Source of the DNA: Amphiscolops sp. MND2022
Lineage: Eukaryota
Reading direction: 5' to 3'
Assembly: GCA_964187785.1 (NCBI GenBank)
Contig: OZ076409.1
Span: forward strand, 96,722,001 to 96,786,000
Length of the DNA: 64,000 nt
Part shown: positions 25,201 to 39,308 of the stretch, piece after piece
Position numbering within the stretch: position 1 is the stretch's first letter
How the letters are laid out: every line of letters starts with the position of its first letter
The notes under the pieces: model-generated
Databases searched by the model: none
Told to the model about the DNA's origin: nothing
Seen by the model: the letters and a program-made list of their open reading frames with translations, nothing else
Position numbers and translations under genes: made by a program

Positions 25201-27472
25201 GCCGATTACTTATCTCGCATGGAAACGGACCCTAAAGAGAAACTAGTCCTTAAAATCCGCGAAGACATAGAGACTAAGCCCATCGAGGTCAATGTCCAAT
25301 CGGCAGGAGTTGCTGGAGAGGAACAGGTTTTCTTCACGGAGCAAGATGATGAGACAGAAGCTCAAATTTGGGAGCGTAAAAAACAAAGCCGAACTAACCC
25401 AATCGACCAAGAAGGCGTAATTCAAATTGACGCAATATCTGAAAATTTAGTAGATGAAATCACAAACTTTACCCAAAAACTGCGCAGAACGAATCAAATC
25501 TTACTTGAACAATCCAAAGACCCTATATTGCGCCAACTCAAAGCCAAAATTCAGAACGAAGACTATTCTGAAGAACTACTCCAGCAAGATATCCGATACA
25601 AACACTACCTTAACAACTTGGACCGAATAGTCCTCAAAGACGAAATAGTCACACGACAATATTATGATGAAACTGGACAAGTCAAGTATCATCAGGTTCT
25701 CTTACCAAAGCACCTCTTGAAAGAGTTGTTACAGGCCTTACATGGAATGGCGCACAAACACCCTGGCATAACGAAAATGTTAAAAGAAATCCGACAGAAA
25801 TGCTACCACCCCGGGGGTATAGCGAAACATGTTAAAAAATGGGTAGAAGGATGTGTAACTTGCGCAAAAGATAAACGGGTTCCAAACAACACGATAACTT
25901 CTGAATTGCTTAACTTGTCAGAATGGGACCTTGGACCAGAGGACGCAATGCAAATCGATTTACTCCCAAACTTGCCAACAAGCGGAGGTTACCAAACAGT
26001 GATGACAGCAATAGATGTCTTTTCAAGATATCTGTTTGCCTACCCGCTAGTTGAGGCAACAGCCTCTAACACGGCAAAGGTCTTAATAGACATCATGACA
26101 AAGCATTCATATTTGCCAACTACGATCATCACCGACAAAGGAACCGCTTTTACATCAAAAATTATTGCAGAGATAACGCAAGTATTGGGAATAACCCTAA
26201 AATGTGCGACGAATAAACATCCACAAACAATTGGCAAACTCGAGAGAACTCACGCCTCATTGAAGACAAATTTGAAATTGGCCTCAGGGGAATATCCCCG
26301 TCAATGGCACAAATATTTGCCACTAGCAGTGCTCAATTATAACACAACTTATCATTCCAGCATTGGTTGTGAACCGAGCAAGGTCTTTCACGGAAGGATT
26401 CCCTACAAAGTTCTTGATCATAAACTTGGAAATAATCCTAAAAAGGATTTCCTCCCGACGACGGAATTTGCTGAAGAATTACAACAGAGAACGAAAGTTC
26501 TCATTGACAAAACGAAGCATAACATTATGCAGTCATACCTGAAATATAAGGAGTACTACGACCGAAAAGCCAAAGCAGCTCCTCTCAACGAACAAGGTTT
26601 TTGTTTTATCCTACAGCCTAAAGCGGATAATCAAGGATCAAAAATACCAAAAAGAGAATACCGCTGGATCGGTCCTTATCGAATTGAAAAGGTATTACCT
26701 AACGACAATTATATTGTCCGCCGGTTAAATACGAATAAAACGCAGATATTACACCGAATCCGTCTGAAAAAATTTGTTCCAAACACGCCTTTAGAGGACA
26801 AATATGCCAAAGAGAAATTGCAACCAGATGATGAAATAATCATACCGCAAGATGATTTATACACCATCTCATGGGAAGCAGATTTTGACTACCATGTCTT
26901 CGAGCCGAGACGATAATACGGACGAAGAATTACAAACACCAGACAGCGATGCTGGTGTCACGACTAGTGATTACGTCATTTATGACAACGCTGATGACAA
27001 CGCGGTAAGGCCGGGGACGGCCACCAGCCGAGACTGCACAATCACACGAGACGCAAATGACGTCACCGAATTGAATGAACGAACCAAAATGAATGAAAAT
27101 GAAGCGGGACCGAGTACGGCCGCTAGCCGAGACGCACCTATAGTGCATGACGAACATGACGTTAACGAGAATGCTGCGCGAGATGAACAAAGCAGCGAAA
27201 CAGAAAGGCCGAGAACGGCCACTAGCCCAAATAGCCACAATGGTGGCATTACACCTCCTAGTTCAGAAAAGAACGCGAATGACGTCACAAATGAATTAGA
27301 AGGCGCGGAAAACTCTCTTAATGAGGGGGATGATATTACCGTGCCCGGAATATCGAATGGAAAAACAAATGAAAAAACTGATGAAAACTCTAGCCCTAGA
27401 GGGGGGAAATACAACCTTCGACCTAACTCAACCCCAACTATACTGATGAATACTGATACTAGTCAGAAATGA
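22222..27472 (+). pseudogene. pol: pol (PR, RT, RNase H, integrase, acidic tail); in-frame stops at 22417 and 23947, frameshift near 26900
   Basis: LIDTGAHSSAI; YVDD; LMIDASF..TDNKS..ADYLSR; HGMAH..CVTC, IDLL, TDKG, LERTH; WIGPYRI. Confidence 0.96.
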
Positions 27473-27639
27473 CAAATTATGTCCCTATTTATGTTATTGC
27501 CTAAGAAGGCATGTTTTTTACTGGGACTACTCTGACTTCTTTGACTCATAAGAAACTAACTATAGAAATGTTGAAACAAAAAACAGAATTGAAATTTACA
27601 AATCAAAAGTCTAGAAAGACAAATGTACATTGTGTACAT

Positions 27640-30600
27640 TTAGTCTTTAGAACTCCCTTCTCGCAACTCTTGGACGGTCTTGGAGATTTCACTAGCTGGA
27701 ATGTCGCCAAAATAGGCCAATCTCTGAGCTTGACCAGCAGCCCAATTTATCTTTCGCCCAGCAGAAGTCGAGACAGAGGACGATCGCGACACTGTGCTCA
27801 CACCAACCACAGGGTCTCCCTTTAAATTCTTGAAAGCAGCAGTAAGGGTCTTCAGAAAATTTGCTTGCCCAAAGACGTCAACGTGAGCCCAAGTGTCTCC
27901 GGCAAGCTGCCCATAACTGAACTGCCCCTCCAATTCTTTGTAGTGAGCTAGAGCGGCTTCAGCAGTGCAAACGGAGACAGATCCAGAACAATTCGTCAAA
28001 TAAGACTGAGCAGGCAATATAACAGAAGAAAGGCGGCAACGTGGACTAGAGGTATCTACATCCTGAAACTTAATGGCAGGAAGGGCTTGATGTCCCTCAG
28101 TTATGCAAGGGCAGCACAGACGGAATGAGTGTAACAGCCTGGCGCAGCTCCGGAATGCAGGAATTGGAATGAGGAATTCCAACACGTCAACAATAGTTCC
28201 AGGTGAAGATTTGATGGAGGGATAAGTTTGACGGAAGTAATCGACGAACTCGAAATACTCATCCCGACAGTCACCACGGGAAGCCTCATCCACCCAGCCG
28301 CGAAGTCGAAAACTGTCATATAGAGCGTTGAAACAGAAAGATACCTGTTCAAGAGGCAATGTTTACAGCACATGAGGATCAAAGCTGCCCATGCCGTGGA
28401 CAATGTTCGCGATGAAATGAATATTCCGAAGTAAAGACCCTAGCAGAGTGACTATATATGTCCGGGCTTCAGTTCCAAAGGTCTCCTTTTCCTTTGTGAC
28501 TAGCTCGACCTTATTGGTGGGCACAGGGTTTTCTCCCGGTATCTTTTTAATTTTGCCTGACAAGCCACATCGAGGTCACAAGTTAACTTGAGTCGGTTCA
28601 GGAAATCGCGACTTGACAATTGCCTCAGATCGTTGGGGCATAATTGCAAAAAACCAGTCCAGTCTGTATCATCTGGGATGCATTTGAGTAGAAAGGCGCG
28701 GTGGCACAACCGGCGGATGAATCTACAATACTGGCCGTAAATGAAGAGAGTTGCATCTCGTCGTCCAAAAAGGCTACGCTCAAAACACTTGGTATCTAAA
28801 CAAACCCAGACTCGAATGCAAAATACCAGAGCCTATCAAACACCCTAAGCTGTTACAAACATAGTAAGAATCAAGCACATGGGCCAGAAGGTCAACTACT
28901 CTGTTACTTCAAACAAATACAAACAAATGACTAATAATCCCGGACTAGCAGGGAGAGGAACTCAAGTTTGATGGTGAAGAAGTCATCTAGGATATGCTCC
29001 CATTCAAGGCTCTGAGGCTGAAAAGAAAACTTACCTCATAAGAATAACAATACCCAGAAATCACAATGAGTTAGTGTAAGTGACATCGGTTGGCGGGAAA
29101 ATAGAAAATGATTACCTTATTCTTGACTCCTTGCATCTTCTGGGTTGGAGCTATACTGGTGAGATAGTCCTTAATGGCCTTCCAACTTTTAACGAGCTCG
29201 GTGCAAATGGCAGGGATTTTCCTCAATTCCACGTTACACGCTGCAATAGCCTATGGAAAACAATTAAATGAGAAGAGTCCCTACTCATCATTACGAATAG
29301 CGACAAGAAAAGTTTGTCAACATCAGGTCAACATGGCAATATGCAGTGAAAAGAATCATATTTTAGGAAATAAATAACCTTGCAAAGCTCTGGACTCTGA
29401 AGGGCCCAAGATTGGCTGAGTCCGCCGCGGAGAAAGACAACTAGGAGCTTCAACTGAGAGAAAATGTCGATTCGGCCGAAGATGTAACCAGTCTGCAACG
29501 GCTCAGGGTGCATCAACTCAGGAAGGGAGAAGACCTCGAAACGAAATGGGTATTGAATCCCATGGTTGAACAACCCACTTGTTTCCAGAGCCTTGAAGAT
29601 CATAGAAGAACACCCAGAGATGCTAACAAGATTGGGCTTTGAAGACACAAATGACAGCAGACACGAGATGGCAGTCAAATAACAGCCTGGGTAGGAATCG
29701 GCTTGGTTGTGTCGATGCAGTAAAACCCGGACGAGTGAATCCTCCCTCCAGAAGCGTACGGACATGCATCGATAGACGCCCTCGGTTGTGAACTCAATGG
29801 AGTACATTTCAGTAGCCACGATGTGGCTGGAGATATCGGCAAGGCCTCTCATGAAGACATGATGGAAGACGTTCTGAAACAAAACACAAATGTGTGAAAA
29901 CGATGCCACAACCAGAAGCCGTGTTGGGACTTATTAATGGTTGTACAAGTGAAAACTTTACTTACTGTAAGAGTAGCAGATCCCCAATCAAATGAGGAGA
30001 ACAAGGCTTGGTGGTTAGTGAATACTCCCACCCGGGTCCATAAACTTTGCAATAGAGAAATATTGCCATCCTTTGGTACGAAAGTCCCAATCAATGAGAT
30101 GAGGGTGCTGGTCCGCAGATCATCTGGGTTAGTGATTCCCCCAATACTGGCCATGTAATCGTCGTAAAAAGGGAAACGATCACCTGTATCCACCAAGGGG
30201 ACATCGATAAATGAGGGCTTCTCACGTTCCAGCTCAATCGGAGTAAGGACGTAACCGTCCTTCCCCCTGACTTGATGTGTAATGACCCCAGTGATCTCAT
30301 CAGTCTCTTGTAGGTGGGCGTACCTCCATTTCTGGTCTTTCCGCAAGTGACCTTCAGTCTTGTAATGTCTAAGGATCTCTCTAGCTCCCTTTGAAAAGAT
30401 GGAGACGTTTGTTTTGCATAACATGCAGTAGAATTTGAACTTATTGTGGATGGGATCCCCGGGGCCAGAGACGAAAGTGCAGGTCCATTGGATGCCTTTA
30501 AAATAGGCGTCTTTCATCACCTTCCCGGGCTTGCTGAGTAATCTGCGCCTTTTCCGAGGTGGGCTCCTGACTTGAACCTCTTGCGCGGGTAAACGGCCAA

Positions 30601-31678
30601 GCGAGGAAAGAGGTTGGTAATCGGTACTACTGTACCCACTCCCAGAGGTTGGAGTCGCAGTCTCCGCTCGGGACGTGCCAGGTAAGTTGTCTGCTCGGGC
30701 CCCTGGAGTGAGTGCTAATGGGTTAGTCTCGCTCAGATAATCGGTGCCAGAGATGGACCCCAACTGATAAGGGTCCTCATCTGAAGTGAAGGCCCCACTG
30801 GTGTTCCCATCTGACACACGCCCTCCGAAGTTACTCTCGTCCCCCGAACTATCGGTGACTGGTCGAGCAGGCGTTGCGCACCGTTTTGGCATGGGTCTTT
30901 TCTTATCCTGGGGAGCTCCCCGGGTAGCATGAAGCAGTAAGGACTTCATCATGTGGTAGGATGAGAGCACAGATTCGTCCGATACGGTCCTCAGGACGGC
31001 ATGCATCTCATCGGCAGTGAGAGCAATAACGGAATGATCTCTGGGTAATTCAATGGGACGGGTTTCCCGAAAGTATTTCTTTATGATCAGCTTGCCTTTT
31101 GCTGAAAGTTGTCTGTCGGCGCCGTCCAACTTAACTCGGTACTGTTCTTGCTCAGATTCACTGTGTCCTGAGTCCTCATGAAAGTCCCCTTCGAAATCAG
31201 GGAAGGAAGTGGGGTCCAAAATGACGTTGGGAGCTACTGGAGGGAAAACGGCTACGCCAGAGCTGTCCATTAATTCCTCTACGTCTGTAGTGTCACCGTG
31301 TAGACCCTGAGCCTCCGCCGCAGACTCGACCTCCTTACTGTCCCAGGCCATTGTTTCCTTTCGTGCCGGATCAGTCCTCACTGCAATTGGTTCAGAGACT
31401 GAGGCCTTTAGAAAGGTGGCGCCAATAGTGACCATTCGGGCAGTGGTGCCCTGCTGGCTTGGCAAAAGTTGGATGATCTCAGCATTGGGTTGAGACATTT
31501 CTTCAACGGTTCTTTCAATGAAAGCAGTTACACTTTCCGAGGTAGACCCGCTACCTTCGGACACTTGAGGTGAAGGCCTTTCAAGGTCTGGCAACTCAAC
31601 GGCCTCTGAGGTCGCCGTTTCTTCGTTTCCAGCAACTGGAGCGGAAGTGGATTCTGTCAAATCTTTCTCTGTTGTCAT
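27640..31678 (-). pseudogene. Multi-exon antisense gene inside the LTR element; BED-type zinc finger, hAT-transposase-like architecture
   Basis: In-frame phase-0 GT-AG junctions give exons 31680-29966, 29873-29379 and 29250-29116, then further pieces at ~29020-28940 and ~28795-27640 with lesions. FYCMLCK..ILRHYKTEGH finger. Confidence 0.8.
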
Positions 31679-32439
31679 ACCTAAATGAAAAAAGAAAAAT
31701 TGTTGCGGACAACTTCCTGAATATGAGTCCATGAAAACCGCAGTAAAATCTTCCGGAAGTGAAAAGATTAGAACAAGACGTTTGAACTGTCTTGACGAAA
31801 ATGGACAGGAAGTACATGAACGAGAGGAAAAGCCCTGATCAAGCTTATTTCCGCTCAAAACTAAAAGACCAGATAGCTTACCTGTAGTTGTTGGATAATC
31901 GAAGGCTGAACGAGAATGTTGTGATAGTCCTTGTTGAATTGAAACTGTACTGCAACCCAGAACAGGAAAAGCTGATGATCCACCTGTCCGAATTAGGCAA
32001 ACTCACTGCTGTGAAGAAAGAAGAGTGGGTCCGGATAGTGACAGGGAAGATGTGGACGAGTCCGGCAATTAGACAACGATCCGAGATGAAGGGATGAAAA
32101 GTAACAGAAGGATCACAGAAGTTCTGTGTGATAATGAAAGAAGTATAAAATTGAGACTTGGACTACTATACTAAATAAACGATGGACAAATACGAATATG
32201 AAAATGTAACAATGACAATGGAAGAAGATGAAAGTGATTGCAGTAACAAAGTTGGAGTTCGTGGCAAACTGGATTTGATGTCAAATATTTTTACAATTAT
32301 GAGAATTATTTTGTGGATGGAATCTGCCAGAGAAGTCCACATTATTTATATTTCGAAACATGCATTTTAGTTATTTTATTACCTTGGTTATTTCATTATT
32401 TTTAGTTATTTTAATATTTCCTTATTTGGGTTATTATTT

Positions 32440-32525
32440 TTAATTCCGCCATTTTGAAAAGCGGACTGTGTGGGCGATTCCTATTGGCTGTCGCGGCGAC
32501 GCGCCGCGCGTGGCCTTAAAACTTC
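32440..32525. promoter_or_regulatory. Candidate internal bidirectional promoter
   Basis: ccgccattttg (YY1-like), attgg (CCAAT box) and CpG-rich gtcgcggcgacgcgccgcgcg between the 5' ends of two divergent ORFs. Confidence 0.5.
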
Positions 32526-32881
32526 ATCACCTTCTCTTGAAGTTCTCAAGTGGATATCAGGTGGAGATAAACACTCAGCGGTGTCATTGATGACTCTTCG
32601 CCGCGTCGGGCAAATCACTGAAGTGATGATGTAAACAAAGCGGCTGACTGCGATCATCAAAGGATGTTTAGGAAAATTTATCGACGAAAAACGGTACCGG
32701 GAGAAACAAAAGCCCGGGGAAAAATCACGAGACCTGAAGGAATTTCAAGCGACTTTAGAAAAGAGAAATTGTCATTCTCTCTCCTGAAACTTTCGAAACA
32801 GTTGACTAATAGAGCTTGAAGATCCCAAAGCCCATTCCAACTTCTCACAAAATTGCTAAGAAAATCATAAAAGCAAAGTTC

Positions 32882-33828
32882 ATGGCCGCTCTATACCCGG
32901 AGGACTTTCAAGGCGCAGCACCCTTGGATCACGATGTCATCTTAATATCGAGCGACGAAGACGAACCAATGGACAACTTGAGTCTAACTTCAGTTTTCGA
33001 CTTACAATTATCGTCGGAAGACGAGGAGGAGGACGAAGAAATCAACCTTATGGCCAGATGCGTCGAAATGGAAATGTCAGCGCCTATCCTTATTCCTGGG
33101 CCGTCTTATGTAGTGAGGACCGAGAAAGAAGTTGTCCCAACCGGGCCTCCCAAACATGAAGCACAGCAGGGATCATTTACGCCAAGACCAATGTTTGGAC
33201 CTCTTCTTCTCGCTAGGAAAAGGAAACGGGCCTATCTCCAGGGACGATAGACTCAGAGATGGACACCCTATTACTCTTTGCAGAAATCTGGTCCCATTGG
33301 TAGATACACCCATGTCTCCTCCGCCTCAAGATAGAGGACCTATACAAAGACTTTTACAACAATGTGCTGTGACGCCCATGGCTATCAACAGCAAAGGCCA
33401 CAACAAAATATGGATTCAATCACAAAGCATTTCCAAGGAATGGAGTTAGCTGGACTAACTCCTTATCTGGCCATTCGGATTGCGTGATATGTTGTAAATC
33501 TGTCGAGCAGATAGAAGACGAGGCAGTTATCGATTACATGCATAAAACAGCAATTCCCAACGAGTCCCCACAACAATTCAACTCAAGACGACTGGCCTTT
33601 TTAGAAGGAATGGAAATTGGAACTTTTCTTTTGCTCCCAGGGGGAGTGTCACAGGCTGCCGCCTGCGACGGCAACTTCTATACAATCGACGCAAGCAGAC
33701 AAAACGCCCTGGCACATTGCCATTATAATGAAACTTTCAATATAAAGGTAATAATTTTGGAACTTTTAGTCATGGTATTTATATTGTTTGTATTACATGT
33801 AAATGTAGTGGATATTTTGTGTGCTTAA
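32882..33828 (+). pseudogene. Sense accessory ORF (acidic and Pro-rich) running through the PPT into the 3' LTR, fragmented
   Basis: ORFs 32816-33250, 33132-33449 and 33484-33828; VILISSDEDE motif; AATAAA at 34037-34046. Confidence 0.55.
33639..33646 (+). promoter_or_regulatory. Polypurine tract (AGGGGGAG)
   Basis: Lies immediately before the TG of the 3' LTR. Confidence 0.8.
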
Positions 33829-35276
33829 TATTTGACAACAAGCTATACTGACAGGCAGAAAGGAAACGAGTTCAAATGTCTGCCTGTTCGGTATAGCTAA
33901 CATATTGACCAATCACAGCCGTGCTAATTTCATTCACAATTGCTGTACGTTATTTGTATTTACTCGGAAAGGACTAGTTCGGCCACTCGACAAGGCCGGT
34001 CGAAATCATCTTGTTGCTATACTATATTGCTGATTGAATAAATAAAGTAAGGACGGACTCGGCTTACGAGTTAATTAGTCCTATCGGAAGAAGTAGTGAC
34101 GCTTTTATATAACTGGAAACAAGGCCAAGTACGGCCGTTTGCCAAGATGAGCGCTACTTAACTTTGATCATGATACGAGATGATGCTACATTTATACGTC
34201 AATATATGAAATACATGTAAAGTTTCCTTCCGATGTATGGATATAATCGGAGGGAGAGTGTTATGACATTACCCGAGATGGATATAGTTGAAATAGCCCT
34301 TATGGCGTTTGACATATAAGTCCTACATATATTCAACGCGCATGAAATGTTATGTATACATGAAATCTGTGAAAATACACAAGTCATTGAATCAACGCGT
34401 CCCGCCATGACCTAATTGGGTGCTTTGAACTTGCCGCCCCTTCAGGTGCTTAGTGACGTAATGATACTATTTATAGCAATGAGGTAACTATTTTTAGCCT
34501 GAGTGCTATTTATAGCATCATGCCCATCAAAACTATGAGTGTCACGGTAACTCAGGTATAAATACGCCCAAGTTATCCCTGACACAACAATTATCTAAAA
34601 AATACGGTTACTGTTCAGTTGCTCTTATACTCATTGTACAAGATTTGCTGTGAAACCAAACGTTACATTGTCCACAGGAACAATTCAAATATTTACTCCT
34701 GGATAAACATTTTCAATGCCTTCTACAAGGAGACAAAAGGCTAAGATCAGGAAATCTAGGGAATTAGATATGTTGTCCGACTATGGCAACATGGACGTAA
34801 TGTTAGGCGAGAGAAACTCCAACTCTATAGAAAGGGAACTAGACAGCCTCATTATTGCCCCTGAAGGGCAACAGGACTTTCAGTCCTTTCCAAATAGAGA
34901 AAACTCATCTCAAGAAAATGAGATTGGGAAAATTGATAGCAGAAATGAACCTGTTAGGGAAAGTAGACTAATGGAGTCAATCAACATGCTATCAGGGGAA
35001 ATGAATGCTAGAATGTCACGTGAAATGGAGGCTATGATGGACCTGATGCAATCGCAAATTAGCAGGCAATTAGTTCTGCCATAAGCGAGAGGATTATTCC
35101 AGAAATACAAAACATGGTAGAAAACTTGCCTTTGAGTCAACATGGCGTTGAGCCGTGTACGTCCACAAATGAGGAAGGAATCAGAAGTGCATGGAAGAAT
35201 ACAAATACAAGATTAACGAAGAAGGATTCAAGGTCCGCTTGTGATCTAAGAGAGCATACGGACAATAGTCCTTACA
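33647..35276 (+). repeat. 3' LTR (TG..CA)
   Basis: Direct repeat of 19449-21083, followed by the TSD ACGGG. Confidence 0.97.
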
Positions 35277-35409
35277 ACGGGAAATGAAGAATTTGCGATC
35301 TTCAAAAAAAACGTTCGAAAAAAACGTTCGTAAATAATCTTGTTCAACCAAATTGACGTTGTTGTAAGTATATAAAACGAAGTTTGGTACGAATTAAAAT
35401 ATAGTCTCT

Positions 35410-35868
35410 ATTTAGTCGGCGTTTTTCTTAAGAAAAAAGCCGTTTATAGCTATGGTTTTTCGTCAGTGTTTTTTTCAGACCACCTAAAGTGACCAAAATA
35501 GTTCTACCAAAAGTTCTACAAAATTTTAATTTGTACCTGTTGGCCCAGGGAACTGAACCTTTTTTTCCGCGTAACATTCATTACCGAGCGAGACTAAATG
35601 GTCCCTCCTCTCAGTTTTTTTCCGCATTGTGTGACTTTTTCCCAATTTTTTTTCCACCAAAGGTTCCCCCTTCAATTTTGTAGAGTTTTGCGGCAGAATT
35701 GATGTTGAAAATCACAAACGGTCCCCTTTCAGTTTTTTTCGGCATTGTGAGGCGTTTTCAAAAAAATCACCAAAGGGTCACCAAATCACCCATAATTTGA
35801 CACTTTGAAGTTCTTTTGCTCTTTTGAGCCTTAGATATGGCGCCGACGTGGGCCTGCCCGGCTTGTTT
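35410..35868. mobile_element. DINE-1/Helentron-like dispersed repeat (copy 2)
   Basis: tttagtcggcgtttttcttaagaaaaaagccg start; agccttagatatggcgccgac..cccggcttgtt end. Confidence 0.55.
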
Positions 35869-37606
35869 AGATGTGGAACTAGTAACTTCAGTTCACCAAT
35901 TTAAAACTAACTTTATCATCCACGGCATCATGCCAATTCATCCATTAACTATGGAACTTTTCTCTGCATTTGGGAAACCTATTAATTAAAGAATAAGTCG
36001 GAGTGAGCTCAAGTTTCAAAATGTCAAGTCTTTTAAAAATACACAAAAATTCATCAAATTTGCAGAGCCGGAAAACACCTGAAGAGATACCAATAATCTC
36101 AGAAACCGCTTTTTCCAAACTGGAAACACCAAAAAACAATATTTTTCAAACGAGGAATTTCCGAAAAGTTTTTTATTCTGAAAATGTATCGTAATACCAA
36201 AAAGAAGCTTTAAGCTCGCAACGCTGAATTCGTTCACGAAAGTGAAGAGGGTGGCGACCGACCCTTTGACCATAAAAACGCTTTTCGAAAAAAAACTCGC
36301 ACAAAGCCGAAAAATTCGAACTTTTCCACAATATATGTAACGGTTGCTTGCCCTTATCCTGCGCTGAGGCTTGACAAGCTTTACGCCGCACTGATCCGCT
36401 GCTTAGTACTGTGGACCGTTACTAAACAAATCCTGGTTACTTGTTTAAAGAACTGTATCTTTTGGCTCTCCTGTGATTCCACTTTGCACTCGTTTGGAGC
36501 CGATGTGATCCAGCACAAACTTCCCTCACTGTATCTTCACGCGCTCCGGCTCTCAAACTATGAGAGTAGCTACATAGTCGCTCTGACTCTAGCGAAAAGT
36601 TGTGAAGATGGAGAAGTTGATTAATTAGTCTCTTGGTCCTAAGACCCAACTTGACTATAGCTATTCAGTGGAGAAAATCTCTATCTAATAATGGTATACA
36701 TATCCTTTACAATTCTATAGTAAATATAAGCAAATATCAGTTGAACTATGTTGTATAATAATATGACAATTAATTCATAAAATGAAGTTTTGGCTAAGTA
36801 AACAAACTATGTGGTGGTTTTGGCATGTTGGTTACGTGGGCTAGTAAGTATGTTTACACAATGTAAAAATCATTAAGTTCAACAGAGCTACTTTCTAATG
36901 TGGTCATAAGGGTAAATAGCAATCTTTACATTATTGGCACGATGACCTTGAATATCACACATGTGAGGGGTAAAGGGGGTTATAACGAGGAGATGACCTT
37001 GAAACTGAGCCGGTATGTCCGTGTTAGGTCCTTGCATATGTGTGCCAAGTTTCATGGTTCTATGATTATTAGTCTTGGACAAAACCTATCTGGGGGGGCT
37101 TTCCCAATTTGCAATATGAGGATTTTCGTTCAAATTTTCATCTAAGTTTCGAAGAGTTAAAGTTCTTGTTTCTCAACCATCATGTTCCAAATCAAGTTTC
37201 TCTGCCTTCTGATGACTGGTGCCAACAATATATAAAACAACTTTATCGAATAAACGCCATCAGTTCCACAGGACCAAAAACAGGTGCTTTGACACTCTCT
37301 TGCTTCACAGATCTCAGAAAATCCGAAAATCTTGCTTAACCTATCGGCCAAGTGACAGTCAGAAGGTACTCCAGTTTATAGTTTTGCTCATTAATCTGTC
37401 AGTTCGCTAGTCTCATAATAAGCCACTGCTACCGGGCCTTTTCTTCGAAAAGCGCCGACTACAAATCAAGAATGGAAGGCCGTATCCTGTGAAAATGGGA
37501 AAGTCCGTGATAGCATTTGTTGGGTCCTTGGGGCAAAAAGTGAAGTAGAACCACGAACAAAATGTAAATTTGACTTCTAGAATATTCATCGAAAACAATT
37601 AACCCA

Positions 37607-39308
37607 CAGTGCAGCTCGTGTGATTGGAATCTCAGCGGAATAGTCAAATCTATTCAAATTAGACTGAATGCGAGTTATGCAACACAGAAAAAAATGAACT
37701 TCAATTAACGAAAGTAATTGATGTTATTCAATAACAAAAAAGTTATTCAGAGTCGACTGAACGAGTGACTGTTGATTGTTGTCATGTGTCTTTCCAGTTC
37801 AGCTATCGCATGTTCTGGGATTTCAGTGCAGTTGACAAAGGACCAAAAAAGAAGTTCCAAGATTTTGCTACTTCGGTTCGCGATAGTTTCACAAATTCGA
37901 TAATTCCAGACTCGTTGTCAGAGGAGTTGTTGGACAACTCTTGATCTAAAAACAGTTGTGGAGGATCGTGGTCAGCAGCCAGCATATACTAAAAATTCAA
38001 TTTCCATATTCATTTGAGGTGAAACTGTACTATCGTGGGTAACCAGGAAACTGCTATGGATGCTATTAAGTTCTCCATATTGCCGATTGTGAAGCATTTC
38101 GAAAACTTTGCACCCATTTTACTGCACGGAATATGTCGGGCTCGTATACTTCCCCGTCTTTCTATACTTTTTCGAACGAGAAATGTTTTTTGAAGGGTTG
38201 TAGGAATTGCAGGAGTTTTTGAAGACTTTGATTGTTGTTGAGTATATCGGCTGAGATTTTGAACTTGAGTTAAGGGATAGGAAGTATAAAAATGCTTGTC
38301 AGATCGTCACTTTTGAGTGTTGTTGTCAATTATCAATAATTAGCGATGTTTCGGTTAGGATGCCGTTTTTCGAATCAAAAAGACAAGTCCTGGTCGAAAA
38401 CGCCAGTCAATCACGCGTTCTTCTTGTATTTGGAGAGAATTGAATCAGGCAAAACTTTGCTTCCGAAGCAGCGAGGTTTTGCTGATTGATCTTCATAAGA
38501 CTAATGATTGTAACTTTTCGCATATTGCGGAGGCACCCATTAAAATGGCAATTCCTTCCTCCGATTTAGTTCCACTGGAACATCTCCCTTTCTTGAAGTT
38601 CAGTGTCTTGTTAGGCAAAAAATTCCAATCCAATGTGGTTGCATCCATGTTAAACATATGGTTCAAGGGATATCTATGGAGAATTATTCTCAGTTGATTT
38701 GTCGTCCATTATCTACAGTCAAATTGTTAACGGATTCTTATTTCTCTAAACTGTTGTTTGGTGGATGTTATGATGTTTTTTTTTCTAACAATCAATCCAC
38801 CCTTCAGAGATCTCTGAAGGCCTTTCCAGTAGCTGCAGTAGCGCATCAGCTTTTCCGTCTCAAAGTTTCTCCGTCAACAGGATAAGAGTTGATTCGTTCC
38901 CACCTGAACCATTCGAGTAGGTGAACATCAATAATTTCATGCTTGTATATGGCTTTTCTGCGTGCATTTAGCCCACTTTTTCCCGTAAGAATTGATTGTT
39001 TTAAAGGCTCGTTGTTCTTTGTCCACCCAGATGGTGCACTGTCCTTCATGTCAAAGAGATTTGCAAGAAGAGCTTTTTTCTTGAGACAATTGGATATTGT
39101 TCAACGTATTTTTAACTTTAATTTTCTCTGATAAAGTCTTGTCGGTGAGTGTACGCTTCATGTTTTGCTGGTAGTTGTTCAATGTATTCAGTAAAATGTG
39201 ACTCTGCTTGATATCCTAGTTTCAATTTTACATTAATATGTCTTCATTTTCAAAGTAAAAAGAAATGTGATTGGGTGCCGATTTCGATTCAATTCACCCG
39301 AGCGTGTG
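37607..39308 (-). mobile_element. Decayed Tigger/pogo DNA transposon with transposase pseudogene (~37800-39162)
   Basis: MKRTLTDKTLSEKIKV; IDVHLLEWFRWERINSYPVDGETLRRK and SEGWID (CENP-B HTH); NMDATTLDWNFLPNKTL..GTKSEEGIAILMGASA..EKL (DDE_1-like). Imperfect TIR cagtgcagctcgtgtgattggaatc / gattcaattcacccgagc. Confidence 0.8.

Larger units (their letters stand above)
19449..35276 (+). mobile_element. Full-length 15.8-kb Ty3/Gypsy LTR retrotransposon with accessory genes
   Basis: Two ~1.63-kb direct repeats; 5-bp TSD ACGGG at 19444-19448 and 35277-35281; PBS; PPT; gag and PR-RT-RH-IN. Confidence 0.98.
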
